NCBI GenBank assembly: GCA_012838555.1
Contig: DUOZ01000002.1
Coordinates: forward strand, 1 to 43,823
DNA: 43,823 nt
Direction of reading: 5' to 3'
Source of the DNA: a bacterium
GTDB lineage: Bacteria; Bacillota_I; Bacilli_A; RFN20; DUOZ01
A program made the translations under genes and the position numbers. Positions 1 to 9,652 of this stretch are shown here, piece by piece. The notes under the pieces are model-generated. The model was not told the origin of the DNA. It saw nothing but the letters and a program-made list of their open reading frames with translations, and did no database searches. Within the stretch, counting starts at the first letter, position 1; the number at the start of each line of letters is the position of its first letter.

Positions 1-2163
1 AATAATAAATATTTACTCATCAATGATAGTAATTCTAATAAGTTCTTTGGTTTAATTTATCCTAAGATTAAAGATGGAATTAAAATTGAAAATGAAGAAG
101 AATTATCTAAATTAAATAAAATAAAAGATTTGAAAATAAAGGTTTATTTAGATATAAAAGACGGTATTTTATATCTAGATTACAAATTCTTTTATGGTGA
201 TTTAACCAAAGAAGAAGCCCTTGTTAATAATGAATTTATTAATGAAGAAGTTGAAGATAACTTCATTGATTTTATTTATGAACTAGGTTTTGATAAAGAA
301 AATTTAACTATTGAAAACGATGAATTAATCTATGATTTTTTAACAAATCAAATTGAAAACTTAAAACAATATGCTGAAGTTTATATAAGTGAATCAATCA
401 AAAATATCAATATACGTCAAATGAAACAACCAAGTGTTGGTGTTAGGTTTGATAATAATCTTTTAGAAGTATCTTTTGATAATTTAGATTTTGATGTAAA
501 AGAACTTGAAAAGGTATTAAGAACTTATCAATTAAAGCGTAAATTTTATCGTTTAAAAGACGGTTCTGTTATAGTCCTAAAAAACGAATACATGGATTTA
601 TTAAATGAAACCTATGAAGCTTTAAATGTTAAAGCTAACCAATTATCAGATATAAATTATGTTGAATCTTATAAAGCGATGAAGTTTTCAAATATTCTTG
701 AACATATCGATGAAGATGTTAACTTAAAGGAATTTATAGATAGTTTAGTGAATTATGAAAAAGCAGATTACCCATTAGATGAACATTTTAATCAAGTTCT
801 TCGTTCATATCAAAAAATCGGATATAAGTGGTTAGTGAATCTAACTAAGTATCGCCTTGGAGGTATTTTAGCTGATGAAATGGGATTGGGTAAAACAATT
901 CAAATTATCGCTTTGTTAGAAAATGATCAAGAAGATATGCCTTCATTAATCGTGACACCTGCATCATTAATTTATAACTGGGAATATGAGTTTAAACAAT
1001 TCTCGCCTTCAAGTAATGTTTTAGTTATAGATGGTAATGTTAGCGAACGAAAAGAAGCAATAAAAAATATAAATGGGAAACAATTTATTATTACTTCTTA
1101 TGATTATTTAAAACGTGATATTGAGTATTATAATAATTTACAATTTAGGTTTTGTATTATAGATGAAGCTCAAAACATCAAAAATCAAACTACCAAAAAC
1201 GCTAAAAGCGTTAAATCAATTGATGCACAAGTAAGATTTGCCCTAACCGGTACACCAATTGAAAATGCCTTATCAGATCTTTGGTCAATCTTTGATTTCA
1301 TCTTACCCGGTTATTTTAGAACATATGAACGATTTAAAAGAGAATATGAAATCGATATTGTAAAAAATGATGATGAACATAAATTAAAGAAATTATCAAT
1401 GCAAATATCACCATTTATTTTAAGAAGAACAAAAAAAGAGGTATTAAGTGAGTTACCTCCGAAAGTTGAACAAGTAATATATGCTAAAATGGATGAAGAA
1501 CAAAAACGCATTTATCAAGCGATGTTATTAAATATAAAAAGGAAGATTATTAATCCAGAAACAAATAAATTTGAAGTATTAAGTTATTTAACTAGATTAA
1601 GACAAGTATGTTGTGACCCTAATTTAATTATTGATTCTTATATTGGAGAGAGTCCAAAACTAGAATTAACAGCATCTTTAGTAGAAGAATCAATAAATGC
1701 GGGTCATAAGATTTTAATTTTCTCACAATTTACATCAATGTTAGATTTAATCGCTCAAAAATTAGATTCTATTAAAATTCCGTATCTTACATTAATTGGT
1801 GAAACTCCAAAAAAGGAAAGATTAGATTTAGTTAACAAATTTAATAGTAGTGTGAAATTTAATGTCTTTTTAATCTCTTTAAAAGCTGGAGGTTTAGGAC
1901 TAAACTTAACGTCTGCTGATACAATTATTCACTATGACCCATGGTGGAATGTTAGTGCCGAAAACCAAGCTTCAGACCGCGCTCATCGAATCGGTCAAAC
2001 TAAAACTGTTCAAGTAATGAAACTAATCATGAAAGATTCAATCGAAGAAAAAATCATTAAACTGCAAGAATTAAAACAGCAATTAGTCGATAATGTCATT
2101 AATGATGAAGAAAAATTGATAAGTAAACTAACTTATGCAGAAATTTTATCTTTATTTGAATAA
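1..2163 (+). CDS. SNF2/RapA-family helicase, 5' end off-window
   Basis: Frame 1 has no stop in bases 1-129, so the ORF continues upstream and the TTG at 130 in the ORF track is not the real start. Helicase motifs DEMGLGKT (I), DEAQNIKN (II) and QASDRAHRIGQ (VI) are present. Confidence 0.9.
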   Translation, partial: NNKYLLINDSNSNKFFGLIYPKIKDGIKIENEEELSKLNKIKDLKIKVYLDIKDGILYLDYKFFYGDLTKEEALVNNEFINEEVEDNFIDFIYELGFDKENLTIENDELIYDFLTNQIENLKQYAEVYISESIKNINIRQMKQPSVGVRFDNNLLEVSFDNLDFDVKELEKVLRTYQLKRKFYRLKDGSVIVLKNEYMDLLNETYEALNVKANQLSDINYVESYKAMKFSNILEHIDEDVNLKEFIDSLVNYEKADYPLDEHFNQVLRSYQKIGYKWLVNLTKYRLGGILADEMGLGKTIQIIALLENDQEDMPSLIVTPASLIYNWEYEFKQFSPSSNVLVIDGNVSERKEAIKNINGKQFIITSYDYLKRDIEYYNNLQFRFCIIDEAQNIKNQTTKNAKSVKSIDAQVRFALTGTPIENALSDLWSIFDFILPGYFRTYERFKREYEIDIVKNDDEHKLKKLSMQISPFILRRTKKEVLSELPPKVEQVIYAKMDEEQKRIYQAMLLNIKRKIINPETNKFEVLSYLTRLRQVCCDPNLIIDSYIGESPKLELTASLVEESINAGHKILIFSQFTSMLDLIAQKLDSIKIPYLTLIGETPKKERLDLVNKFNSSVKFNVFLISLKAGGLGLNLTSADTIIHYDPWWNVSAENQASDRAHRIGQTKTVQVMKLIMKDSIEEKIIKLQELKQQLVDNVINDEEKLISKLTYAEILSLFE

Positions 2164-2174
2164 ACAAAAACAGA

Positions 2175-2651
2175 CTATTTTTTAGACTGTTCTCTTAGTT
2201 CTTTAAAATAGTCTGTTAATATTTGTCCACATTTTTCTTGTAAGATACCGCCAATAAATTCTACTTTATGGTTTAACCCTTTTAATTCAAAACCATTTAT
2301 ATTAGAAATGACCATTCCACCCTTTTTATCATAAGCACCAAAAACTATACGCTTAATCCTTGACCACACAATAGCACCGACACACATAAGACATGGTTCT
2401 AGTGTTACATATAAGGTGGTTTTATCTAAGTGCCAAGTATTAAGCTTTTTTGTTGCTTTTTTAATAACAATAATCTCAGCATGATCAATCGCACTTTTAT
2501 TTTTTTCTTTAAGATTATGACCTTTTGCTATAACATTGTTATTTTCATCAACTAAAATAGCGCCAACTGGTATTTCATCTTTTTCTCTAGCTTTAATAGC
2601 CTCTTTATATGCTAATTCCATGAATCTAATATCAATTTCTTGTTGATTCAT
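2175..2651 (-). CDS. tadA: tRNA-specific adenosine deaminase
   Basis: CMP/dCMP deaminase zinc motifs HAE and PCLMC. The start is moved to the ATG at 2651 (MNQQEIDIRF), which follows the SD AGGAGGG. The 12 upstream codons in the ORF track run into the SRP RNA. Confidence 0.9.
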   Translation of the reverse strand: MNQQEIDIRFMELAYKEAIKAREKDEIPVGAILVDENNNVIAKGHNLKEKNKSAIDHAEIIVIKKATKKLNTWHLDKTTLYVTLEPCLMCVGAIVWSRIKRIVFGAYDKKGGMVISNINGFELKGLNHKVEFIGGILQEKCGQILTDYFKELREQSKK

Positions 2652-2667
2652 AGTAGCCCTCCTAATA

Positions 2668-2756
2668 TAAAAAGTACCATCGCACATAACAGAGCAAACT
2701 TAAGGCTGCTACCTCCCGGTCCTGACCTGGTTCGTCGCCTGTTATCACGATGGCAT
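2668..2756 (-). ncRNA. ffs: Small (4.5S-type) signal recognition particle RNA
   Basis: The minus strand reads GCCATCGTGATAACAGGCGACGAACCAGGTCAGGACCGGGAGGTAGCAGCCTTAAGTTTGCTCTGTTATGTGCGATGGTAC. It contains the conserved domain IV core (CCAGGTCAGG..GNRA tetraloop GGGA..AGCAGCC). The closing helix pairs CCATCG/CGATGG and ATAACAG/CTGTTAT and is followed by a T-run. Ends are approximate. Confidence 0.85.
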
Positions 2757-2761
2757 TAATT

Positions 2762-2790
2762 AGTATACACTAATTTGAATATCCTATCAA
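2762..2790 (-). promoter_or_regulatory. Sigma-A-type promoter of ffs
   Basis: The minus strand reads TTGATA, a 17-nt spacer, then TATACT. This places the transcription start at about 2754-2755, the first base of the SRP closing helix. Confidence 0.7.
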
Positions 2791-3039
2791 GGTAATTTAT
2801 GTTAGAATAACTTATACGAAAAGTGAAAAGTTAAATTGCCACTTGAAATAGTAAATGCACGTTTCTACTTGATAAAAAATGCGTTTAGTCATTCAAGCCG
2901 TCAGAGATTTATAATATTAAATGACTTCATACTATTAATTAAAACTAATCATGGTTGTTTTTCTAATATTAACAACTTACCTATTCTTTTTTTGGCGAGT
3001 TATTGCCGAGTAAACAACTTATTTATTTATTATCAAGAT

Positions 3040-3957
3040 TTATTTAAATACTAAGGCATTTGCTAATTTAGCACCTAATCTTGCATTATTGTAAACTAGT
3101 TGTATATTTGACTCTAAACTTCTTCCTTCAGTAATATCTTTAATTTTAGACAGTAAGAATGGTGTTATTACTTTACCTTTAATCCCTTTTGAGTCGGCTT
3201 CTTTTAATGCTTCTTCAATTGCATGATTAATTACATTATAATCCATACTAAACTCTTCTGGGATTGGATTAGCAACGACTACTCCTCCATTAAGTACTAA
3301 ATCCCACTTGATTTTTATAGTCTTTGCTAATTCTTCTGTACTATCTACCCGATAATCAACTTTAAACCCACTTTTTTGAGTATAAAATGCTGGCATTTCA
3401 TCAGTTTGATAACCAATAACAGGTACTCCTTTAGTCTCTAAGTATTCTAATGTTAAACCAATATCTAATATGGATTTTACTCCAGCACAAATAACAGCAA
3501 CATTGGTCCTAGCTAATTCCTCTAAATCAGCAGAAATGTCAAAGGTCTCAGATGCACCACGATGAACTCCACCTATACCACCTGTGACAAAAACTTTAAT
3601 CTTGGCTAAATTAGCTAATATCATGGTTGTAGCAACAGTTGTTGCTCCATCGAGTCCTTTAGCAATAACTACCGGTAAATCTCTTCTACTTGTTTTTACT
3701 ACTTCTTTACTTTTACCTAAATAATCAATTTCTTCTTTAGTTAACCCAATTTTAACTCTACCTTTTAATATAGCGATAGTCGCAGGAACCGCACCATTTT
3801 CTATAATAATCTTTTCTACATTTAAAGCTGTCTCAACATTTTTAGGATAAGGCATGCCATGAGAAATAATAGTCGATTCTAAAGCTACAACAGGTTTTCC
3901 TTCTTCTATTGCTTTTTTTACACTTGGATTTATATCTATATATTGTTCAAACATCAT
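3040..3957 (-). CDS. psuG: Pseudouridine-5'-phosphate glycosidase
   Basis: Full-length resemblance to YeiN/PsuG, including VVALESTIISHGMPYP, GGIGGVHRG, FDISADL and NIQLVYNNA. Confidence 0.93.
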   Translation of the reverse strand: MMFEQYIDINPSVKKAIEEGKPVVALESTIISHGMPYPKNVETALNVEKIIIENGAVPATIAILKGRVKIGLTKEEIDYLGKSKEVVKTSRRDLPVVIAKGLDGATTVATTMILANLAKIKVFVTGGIGGVHRGASETFDISADLEELARTNVAVICAGVKSILDIGLTLEYLETKGVPVIGYQTDEMPAFYTQKSGFKVDYRVDSTEELAKTIKIKWDLVLNGGVVVANPIPEEFSMDYNVINHAIEEALKEADSKGIKGKVITPFLLSKIKDITEGRSLESNIQLVYNNARLGAKLANALVFK

Positions 3958-4011
3958 ATTACCCCCATTATTCTAATTAAAATAATAACAAATTATTTAA
4001 TATTTAACTAC

Positions 4012-4050
4012 AAAATAAAAAAGTAGATGAACTTATTAAATTCAACTACT
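4012..4050 (-). terminator. Intrinsic terminator overlapping the stop of the 4046-4681 ORF
   Basis: On the minus strand, hairpin AGTAGTTGAA/TTCATCTACT (10 bp, one mismatch) is followed by TTTTTTATTTT. Confidence 0.55.
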
Positions 4051-4681
4051 CTTCACCTTTTTTTAACAAAGTGTGGTAATAATATATCGGCAGCGCGCTC
4101 CAACCATGACATAAACTTCCTGCTCCATCAAAGTCTTCTTTTCCTTTGATTGTTTCCCAAAAAGTTGTCGCTCCTTTTTCTAACATATAAGCATAAGTCC
4201 TATCAATATCTTCTAAAATATAATTTCTATAATTAATAGATAGAAGAGGTCCAATACCTTCTAAGGTGAAATATTTGAAGATTAAAGCAAAGACCATAGA
4301 TGATAAAATTGTTGGAGCCATTATTAAGAATAAAATGGTTCGATGTCCTTTAACCTTCTTAAATAACAAATAGGAAAAGAAGATATAAAGCGGCATACAA
4401 ATTAATAATGAAACAAGATAAATAATAAGTGAATTCTTAATACTAATTTGTATAATATCGCCATCACTTGTTAATCTATTAATAAATTCTTTAAAGTTAT
4501 CAAAGCCTACAAATTGCATTGTTCCATCTTGATAGTTTTTAAAGGCGTTAAGAATGGAGTTAATGTTAACACCAACATAGAAGATTAAGAACAAAAGTAA
4601 TGGATAGGCTAAGAAACTCCAAACGAAGATATTTTTAGATACATGTGCTTTTTTAAAATAATTGGGTCTATCTTTTGCCAT
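4046..4681 (-). pseudogene. Chimeric ORF: N-terminal half of an ABC sugar permease fused to the C-terminal tail of a six-hairpin glycoside hydrolase (GH78-like)
   Basis: The first ~150 aa resemble an LplB/MalF-type permease N-terminus with TM helices but lack the EAA loop. The last ~60 aa (GATTFWE...GSLCHGWSALP) resemble the C-terminus of alpha-L-rhamnosidase-type enzymes. The junction lies near 4230-4260. Confidence 0.6.
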
Positions 4682-4695
4682 AATGCAAGACCTCC

Positions 4696-5433
4696 TTAAT
4701 CATTAAGGAAGCCAGCATTTTTAGCTTGATTAATAAATTGATTCCATTGAGATTCTGAGTAAAGTTTAACTGAACCTTCCCAAATCTTATTAAATGAATA
4801 TTCTCTAAATGCATGGATGGTTCTAGTAGGAATTCCATCAATCCTTGTTTTATATTTGAAATCTGTTCCTAAGTTAGAAGCAAAGGATAATGGTGAGATT
4901 AATTCACTAACTTGTGGGCGAACAACCACAATATTTTCTGTATCATTGATTAATTCAAATGCATTTCTAGTAAATTGAGTTAATTCTGCTAGTAATTCTT
5001 CTGACATTTCATAATCATAAGCTGTAGTAGCTCCTGTTACTCTTGTGAAATGAATTAAGTTTTCATCTTTTAATAAATACTTAACAAATTCTTTACTCAT
5101 TGCTAATCTTTCTTGATCTTTATCTTGTGGGACCAAGATTGTTCCAGATTCACCTGAAGCAAAGACTGTTTTATTAGCAGCAAAAGCTTGATTTTCTAAA
5201 GCTGGAAGTAATAAATAACGGAAATCTCTTTCACCATAGTTATAGCCAGCACCTAAGTTAGGATAAATAGTTCTTGCTTCGTATTCCCACCAAATACCAT
5301 CAACAAGCATAGCTGATTGTTTTGATGTTCCTGAACCTAGTAAGTATCCTGCATTACCAAGTAAAAAAGTCTTTTGAACGTCATGGTGGTTAACAGGAGA
5401 AATTGGAGCTGACGCTTTATATAGATATTCAAA
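4696..5433 (-). pseudogene. 5'-truncated extracellular solute-binding protein of a sugar ABC transporter
   Basis: The frame stays open upstream of the ORF-track ATG as far as the stop at 5434-5436. There is no start codon, signal peptide or lipobox. The sequence is SBP-like (..GNAGYLLGSGTSKQSAMLVDGIWWEYE..). Confidence 0.65.
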
Positions 5434-5436
5434 TTA

Positions 5437-5830
5437 TAGAGAAAATGCGTTTAATGATAAACCACGTAACTCAAGTTATTCAATAGATTTCAAATTAAAA
5501 ATTATTAAAGTAAAAGTATTAATGATTACAGTGCCGATAATTCTAGATTACTTTCTATTTTTTAAAAAATAACAATATAATCGGAATTTTCATATCCTTT
5601 TTTCTTAAAAATTTGAATGTCATATTTCTCTTTATATTTAGATAAAACTAAATCAGTATTGGGTACAATTGCTCTTGAAAAAAACAATGCAATATTGGAC
5701 TTTATTAATAAACTATCCACCGAAATTTTTAAAAGGAATGACACCAAATGAATTTAGGTACCATTCCCAATCAAATTTTAATTATTTTTAGATTAGCACT
5801 CTGTCTACTTGATAGGGATCAATTCAAAAT
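5437..5830 (+). mobile_element. Internally deleted IS3-family remnant (tentative)
   Basis: An OrfA-like fragment (PRNSSYSIDFKLKIIK) lies at about 5445-5510. An OrfB C-terminal-like fragment (KGMTPNEFRYHSQSNFNYF, stop at 5789-5791) follows, then an end-like sequence CTGTCTACTTGATAGGGATCAATTC. The frames are broken by stops. Confidence 0.35.
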
Positions 5831-5867
5831 CTTTGAGTGCTTTTCCTTTTAGAGTATAAAACTTATA

Positions 5868-7187
5868 TTACATTATTATTGGAGCAATCCTTCTTTTAAT
5901 TTGGTAACGATAATAGAGATTTACATATAAGTAAAATAAATATCTCATTGGAGACTTAATGAATCTTTTGTGAAAAATCGTTCTTTTTAAAATGTTTTTA
6001 ATGTTGTATATCTTATCATACATCTCCCAAAAGATTTCATTTATTTCATCTGTTGTCATATTTGGATGATTAATAACTGCTTTAGATGGACTAAAAGTAA
6101 ATATATCCTTCTCTACAATTCGATTTTCTTTCATGAATTTTTCGTAAAGGTCAGTTCCTACTATAGGAGTCATAATATAAAATTTCGGAGCAATAATCCT
6201 TGTTTTATTAATAAACTTAATAGTTTCTCTTAATGATTCTTTGGTGTCATTATCAATACCAACAATCATTTCTGAAGCAACATCAATCCCAGCATTATAA
6301 ATTTTTTCAATTAAATATTGATATTCATCTGGTTTACACCATTCTTTATTGATTGTTTTTAAACTATCCTTATTAATACTTTCTAGGCCAATACTTAAAG
6401 TAAAACAACCACTATCAGCTACTATCTTTAATAGTTCATCATCTCTTGCTATATCAATCGTACATTGGGTCATCCATTTCATATTAAGTTTTTTTATTTC
6501 TTTACAAAGTTCTTTCATATATTTTTTATCAGAAACAATATTATCATCAAGTAATAAAAATTTCTTAAACCCTAATGACTTAATATGTTTGATATCTCTT
6601 ATAACATCTTCTACATCTCTTCTTAAGTACTTATTACGGTACATACAATAAATCGTACAAAAACTACAACTATTAGGACATCCCCTACCTGCTTGAACTG
6701 GTAGGAAATCTCCTATTTTTTTATTTAAAATTAACTCAAATCGTGGTAGTGGTGTAGATAATTTCTTAATTGGTTTTTGATAGAAAGGTTTTAAATCATT
6801 ATTTTCAATATCTTTTAAAACATTATTCCATACTTCTTCACTATCACCGACTACTACAGCATCACAGAATTTTTTAGCAATTTCAGGGACTAAACTAACC
6901 ATTGGTCCACCCATAATTACAATTTTACCGCGTTTTCTAAATTCTTGAGCTATTTCACAACCCCTTTTGGCTGCATGTCCCATACCACCAATTCCAATAA
7001 CAGAAGCATCTGTATCAAATGGAATCTCTTCTATTGTTTCAATACAAATTTCAACTTCCCAATCTTTAGGTGTCATCGCCGCTAAAAGAGGATAAGCTAG
7101 TCCTACGAAATATAACCTTCCTTTTTTAACTAAATTACCAAAATCATCATAAACAGTAGGTTGAATAAAAAGTATTTTCTTTTTCAT
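5868..7187 (-). CDS. B12-binding-domain radical SAM protein (COG1032-like) with a basic/aromatic C-terminal tail
   Basis: N-terminal Rossmann-like B12-binding region (ILFIQP..VIGIGGMG..IVIMGGP). Radical SAM cluster motif CPNSCSFC. SD AGGGG precedes the ATG at 7187. Confidence 0.85.
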   Translation of the reverse strand: MKKKILFIQPTVYDDFGNLVKKGRLYFVGLAYPLLAAMTPKDWEVEICIETIEEIPFDTDASVIGIGGMGHAAKRGCEIAQEFRKRGKIVIMGGPMVSLVPEIAKKFCDAVVVGDSEEVWNNVLKDIENNDLKPFYQKPIKKLSTPLPRFELILNKKIGDFLPVQAGRGCPNSCSFCTIYCMYRNKYLRRDVEDVIRDIKHIKSLGFKKFLLLDDNIVSDKKYMKELCKEIKKLNMKWMTQCTIDIARDDELLKIVADSGCFTLSIGLESINKDSLKTINKEWCKPDEYQYLIEKIYNAGIDVASEMIVGIDNDTKESLRETIKFINKTRIIAPKFYIMTPIVGTDLYEKFMKENRIVEKDIFTFSPSKAVINHPNMTTDEINEIFWEMYDKIYNIKNILKRTIFHKRFIKSPMRYLFYLYVNLYYRYQIKRRIAPIIM

Positions 7188-7190
7188 TTA

Positions 7191-8573
7191 TTATCGCCCC
7201 TTAATTATTAACTTTAAATATTGTCTTAAAATATGCATCGCACCAAAAAAGACTCTCATATAAGTAATAAATCCATATCTTTTTATAATAAAGAAACTTG
7301 ATTTAAATGTAGCAACGGTTTTTAAATATGATCTTACAATATGATAATAGAATTTTCTAATTGATAGTTTTGATGGCTTTAGTACTAAATGAGCCATATC
7401 CCATAATTCATATTTTTCTCTTGGGATGATAAATTGATCTTGATAATAATCATAAATAATCGTTCCAGGCATTGGAGTAATTGGTTGAATATTAACCGCT
7501 GCAGGGAACTTAGACGAATTAAGATACTTAATTAAATTGTTAAAATCTTTTTTCTCCCAATCTAAACCAACAATAATACCACTATAACATTGAATTCCAT
7601 GCTTTTCTAAAATGCTTATAGCTTTAATATTCATTTCTACATTTGTCTTTTTTTGATAATTGTTTAATTCATCATCTTTAAATGATTCAATTCCAACAAA
7701 AATTGCTTGGACTCCGATTTCAGCAATTTTCTTAATAACATCATCATTATTTGCTATAAAATCAGCACGACCAAATAAAATGTAATTCTTTTTAATATTG
7801 TTCGTTTTAATTAAATCACAAAACTCTTCGACTCTATCTTTCTTTAATAAGAAATTATCATCAACTATAAAGATATTTTTTTCTTTAATATGTTTAATTT
7901 CATCGATCACATCATTTAAATCACGCTCAAAATACTTGTTTTGTGTTATTTTAGTACAAAAACAAAACTCACAATTATAAGGGCAACCAAATGAAGTTTT
8001 AATAGTCGCACATTTGGTATGATAGATATAATTATATTTCTTACGGTATTTTAATGTACTCTCTCTAGAAGGATGAGGATAATTGAAATTTGTATTAATA
8101 ACATATTCTTTAGTATTATCTTTCCAAATTCCTTTAATTAAATCTTTGTTTACTTCAACAGGGCGATTAATATTATCAAGTAGTTCTTTAAATGTATCTA
8201 AAGCATTGACTTTGATAATATAATCTATTTCTTTAACTTCAAAATCACTAGGTACTACCTCTGCATGAACCCCTCCGACTACAGTAACTATTTTAGAATT
8301 TATTTCTTTAACTTCTAAAGCATAATCTTTAACGACACCCACATGGGTAATATATGAGGTAAAACCAACGACATCTGGTTGATATTTTTTAATAAAATAT
8401 GATAATGGTTTTTTCTCTAAAATCATATCTAAAATGATAACATTGTGACCAAACTCTGTTAAATAAGAATAAAGATACTCTAATTCTAAAGGTTCACAAA
8501 TCATAAAACTTTGTAAACCAATTGAATCTTTATGTGGTTTTGGTCGTACAAGTAAAATTTTTATTTTAATCAC
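7191..8573 (-). CDS. B12-binding-domain radical SAM protein, second paralogous type
   Basis: N-terminal B12-binding-like region (KILLVRP..VVGFTS..VVGGVH). Radical SAM motif CPYNCEFC. The GTG start at 8573 directly abuts the upstream TAG at 8574-8576, so the start codon is uncertain. Confidence 0.82.
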   Translation of the reverse strand: MIKIKILLVRPKPHKDSIGLQSFMICEPLELEYLYSYLTEFGHNVIILDMILEKKPLSYFIKKYQPDVVGFTSYITHVGVVKDYALEVKEINSKIVTVVGGVHAEVVPSDFEVKEIDYIIKVNALDTFKELLDNINRPVEVNKDLIKGIWKDNTKEYVINTNFNYPHPSRESTLKYRKKYNYIYHTKCATIKTSFGCPYNCEFCFCTKITQNKYFERDLNDVIDEIKHIKEKNIFIVDDNFLLKKDRVEEFCDLIKTNNIKKNYILFGRADFIANNDDVIKKIAEIGVQAIFVGIESFKDDELNNYQKKTNVEMNIKAISILEKHGIQCYSGIIVGLDWEKKDFNNLIKYLNSSKFPAAVNIQPITPMPGTIIYDYYQDQFIIPREKYELWDMAHLVLKPSKLSIRKFYYHIVRSYLKTVATFKSSFFIIKRYGFITYMRVFFGAMHILRQYLKLIIKGR

Positions 8574-9647
8574 CTACAAATCTAATAAATAGACACAATA
8601 ATGGCGATCTTCTCTTACCGTATTAGATTTATTAAGTAAAGTTGAATCTTCATTATTATCAAAAACAAAGTTAGTAACACCACTTTCAAACTTTTTACTT
8701 GTAACCTTATAACATTCATTTAATAAACCATATGCTACTAAACTTCTTTGATAAGGTTCTAAAATACCAATAGCATTTATAATCATTTTATTAACTTTCC
8801 TACGTTTAAAGAAAAAATTAAATCCAAGTGATAACATGGTATTTTTCTTACCTCCAGGAATGATTTCGTTAAAATCAGGATGCCAGAATATAAATCCGAC
8901 TTCTTTTCCATCTTTTAAAGCAAAAATTAAGTTTTCCTTATCTAAAAACGGACCTAAATCTTTTAATAACTCATACATACATATTCCATCTCTAGGAAAA
9001 TATAGAGGTGTCTCTTTTAAAGTTTGATTACATAAGTTACCAAATAATATCATTTCATTCTTAAAATTCTTTTTGTCTAAATATCTAAATGTAAATTCTT
9101 TATTTACTTTTTCTAAAATCCGTTCATTAAATTTAATTTGATTGGTGTAATAAAAATATGTTGTTAAAGTAAGTTTTTTAAATTTATACTTATCAAAATA
9201 ATCAACATAATAAGATTTATGGTATAAACTATCGAAAGGAATTGGTTTATCAAAATTATCCATTAAGATTCCAACTCCATAACTAACATGACCATTTAAC
9301 CCTATAACAATTTTCTTTAAATCTAATTTATTAGCTTCCTTTATCGCAGTATTAATTAATGAATATACAGCTTTACTTACACCTTCTTTAGCTTCAAAGA
9401 ATCCAACTTGTAAAATTGGCAATTTATGATTATGAATTAATATACACTGGGCTAAAATCTCATTGTTTTCTTCAACATAAATAGGCTTTACATAACATTC
9501 TTTCGTAAAAGTATCTGATTGATTTAAAAATGTTTTAACAATACCTACCAAAGTGTCTTTAAAACATAAATCATTTTTATAAAGTTTATAAATAAAATCA
9601 ACATACTTTTTCTTTTGCTTAGAATCAACAACATTAACAACCTTCAT
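8574..9647 (-). CDS. Hypothetical protein, possibly a tandem GNAT-like fold
   Basis: Long ORF in the operon. The start is moved to the ATG at 9647 (MKVVNVV), which follows SD GAGGTG at 9654-9659. Its two halves have weak acyltransferase-like character and no canonical acetyl-CoA motif. The fold assignment is a guess. Confidence 0.6.
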   Translation of the reverse strand: MKVVNVVDSKQKKKYVDFIYKLYKNDLCFKDTLVGIVKTFLNQSDTFTKECYVKPIYVEENNEILAQCILIHNHKLPILQVGFFEAKEGVSKAVYSLINTAIKEANKLDLKKIVIGLNGHVSYGVGILMDNFDKPIPFDSLYHKSYYVDYFDKYKFKKLTLTTYFYYTNQIKFNERILEKVNKEFTFRYLDKKNFKNEMILFGNLCNQTLKETPLYFPRDGICMYELLKDLGPFLDKENLIFALKDGKEVGFIFWHPDFNEIIPGGKKNTMLSLGFNFFFKRRKVNKMIINAIGILEPYQRSLVAYGLLNECYKVTSKKFESGVTNFVFDNNEDSTLLNKSNTVREDRHYCVYLLDL

Positions 9648-9652
9648 ATCAA

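Noticed and set aside
2836-3054. 72-aa plus-strand ORF between ffs and psuG.
   Set aside because: It has a TTG start without an SD, has no recognisable family, and overlaps the psuG 3' end on the opposite strand.
5562-5747. 61-aa minus-strand ORF in the 5434-5867 spacer.
   Set aside because: It lies inside what looks like IS-remnant DNA, has no SD and has low-complexity sequence.
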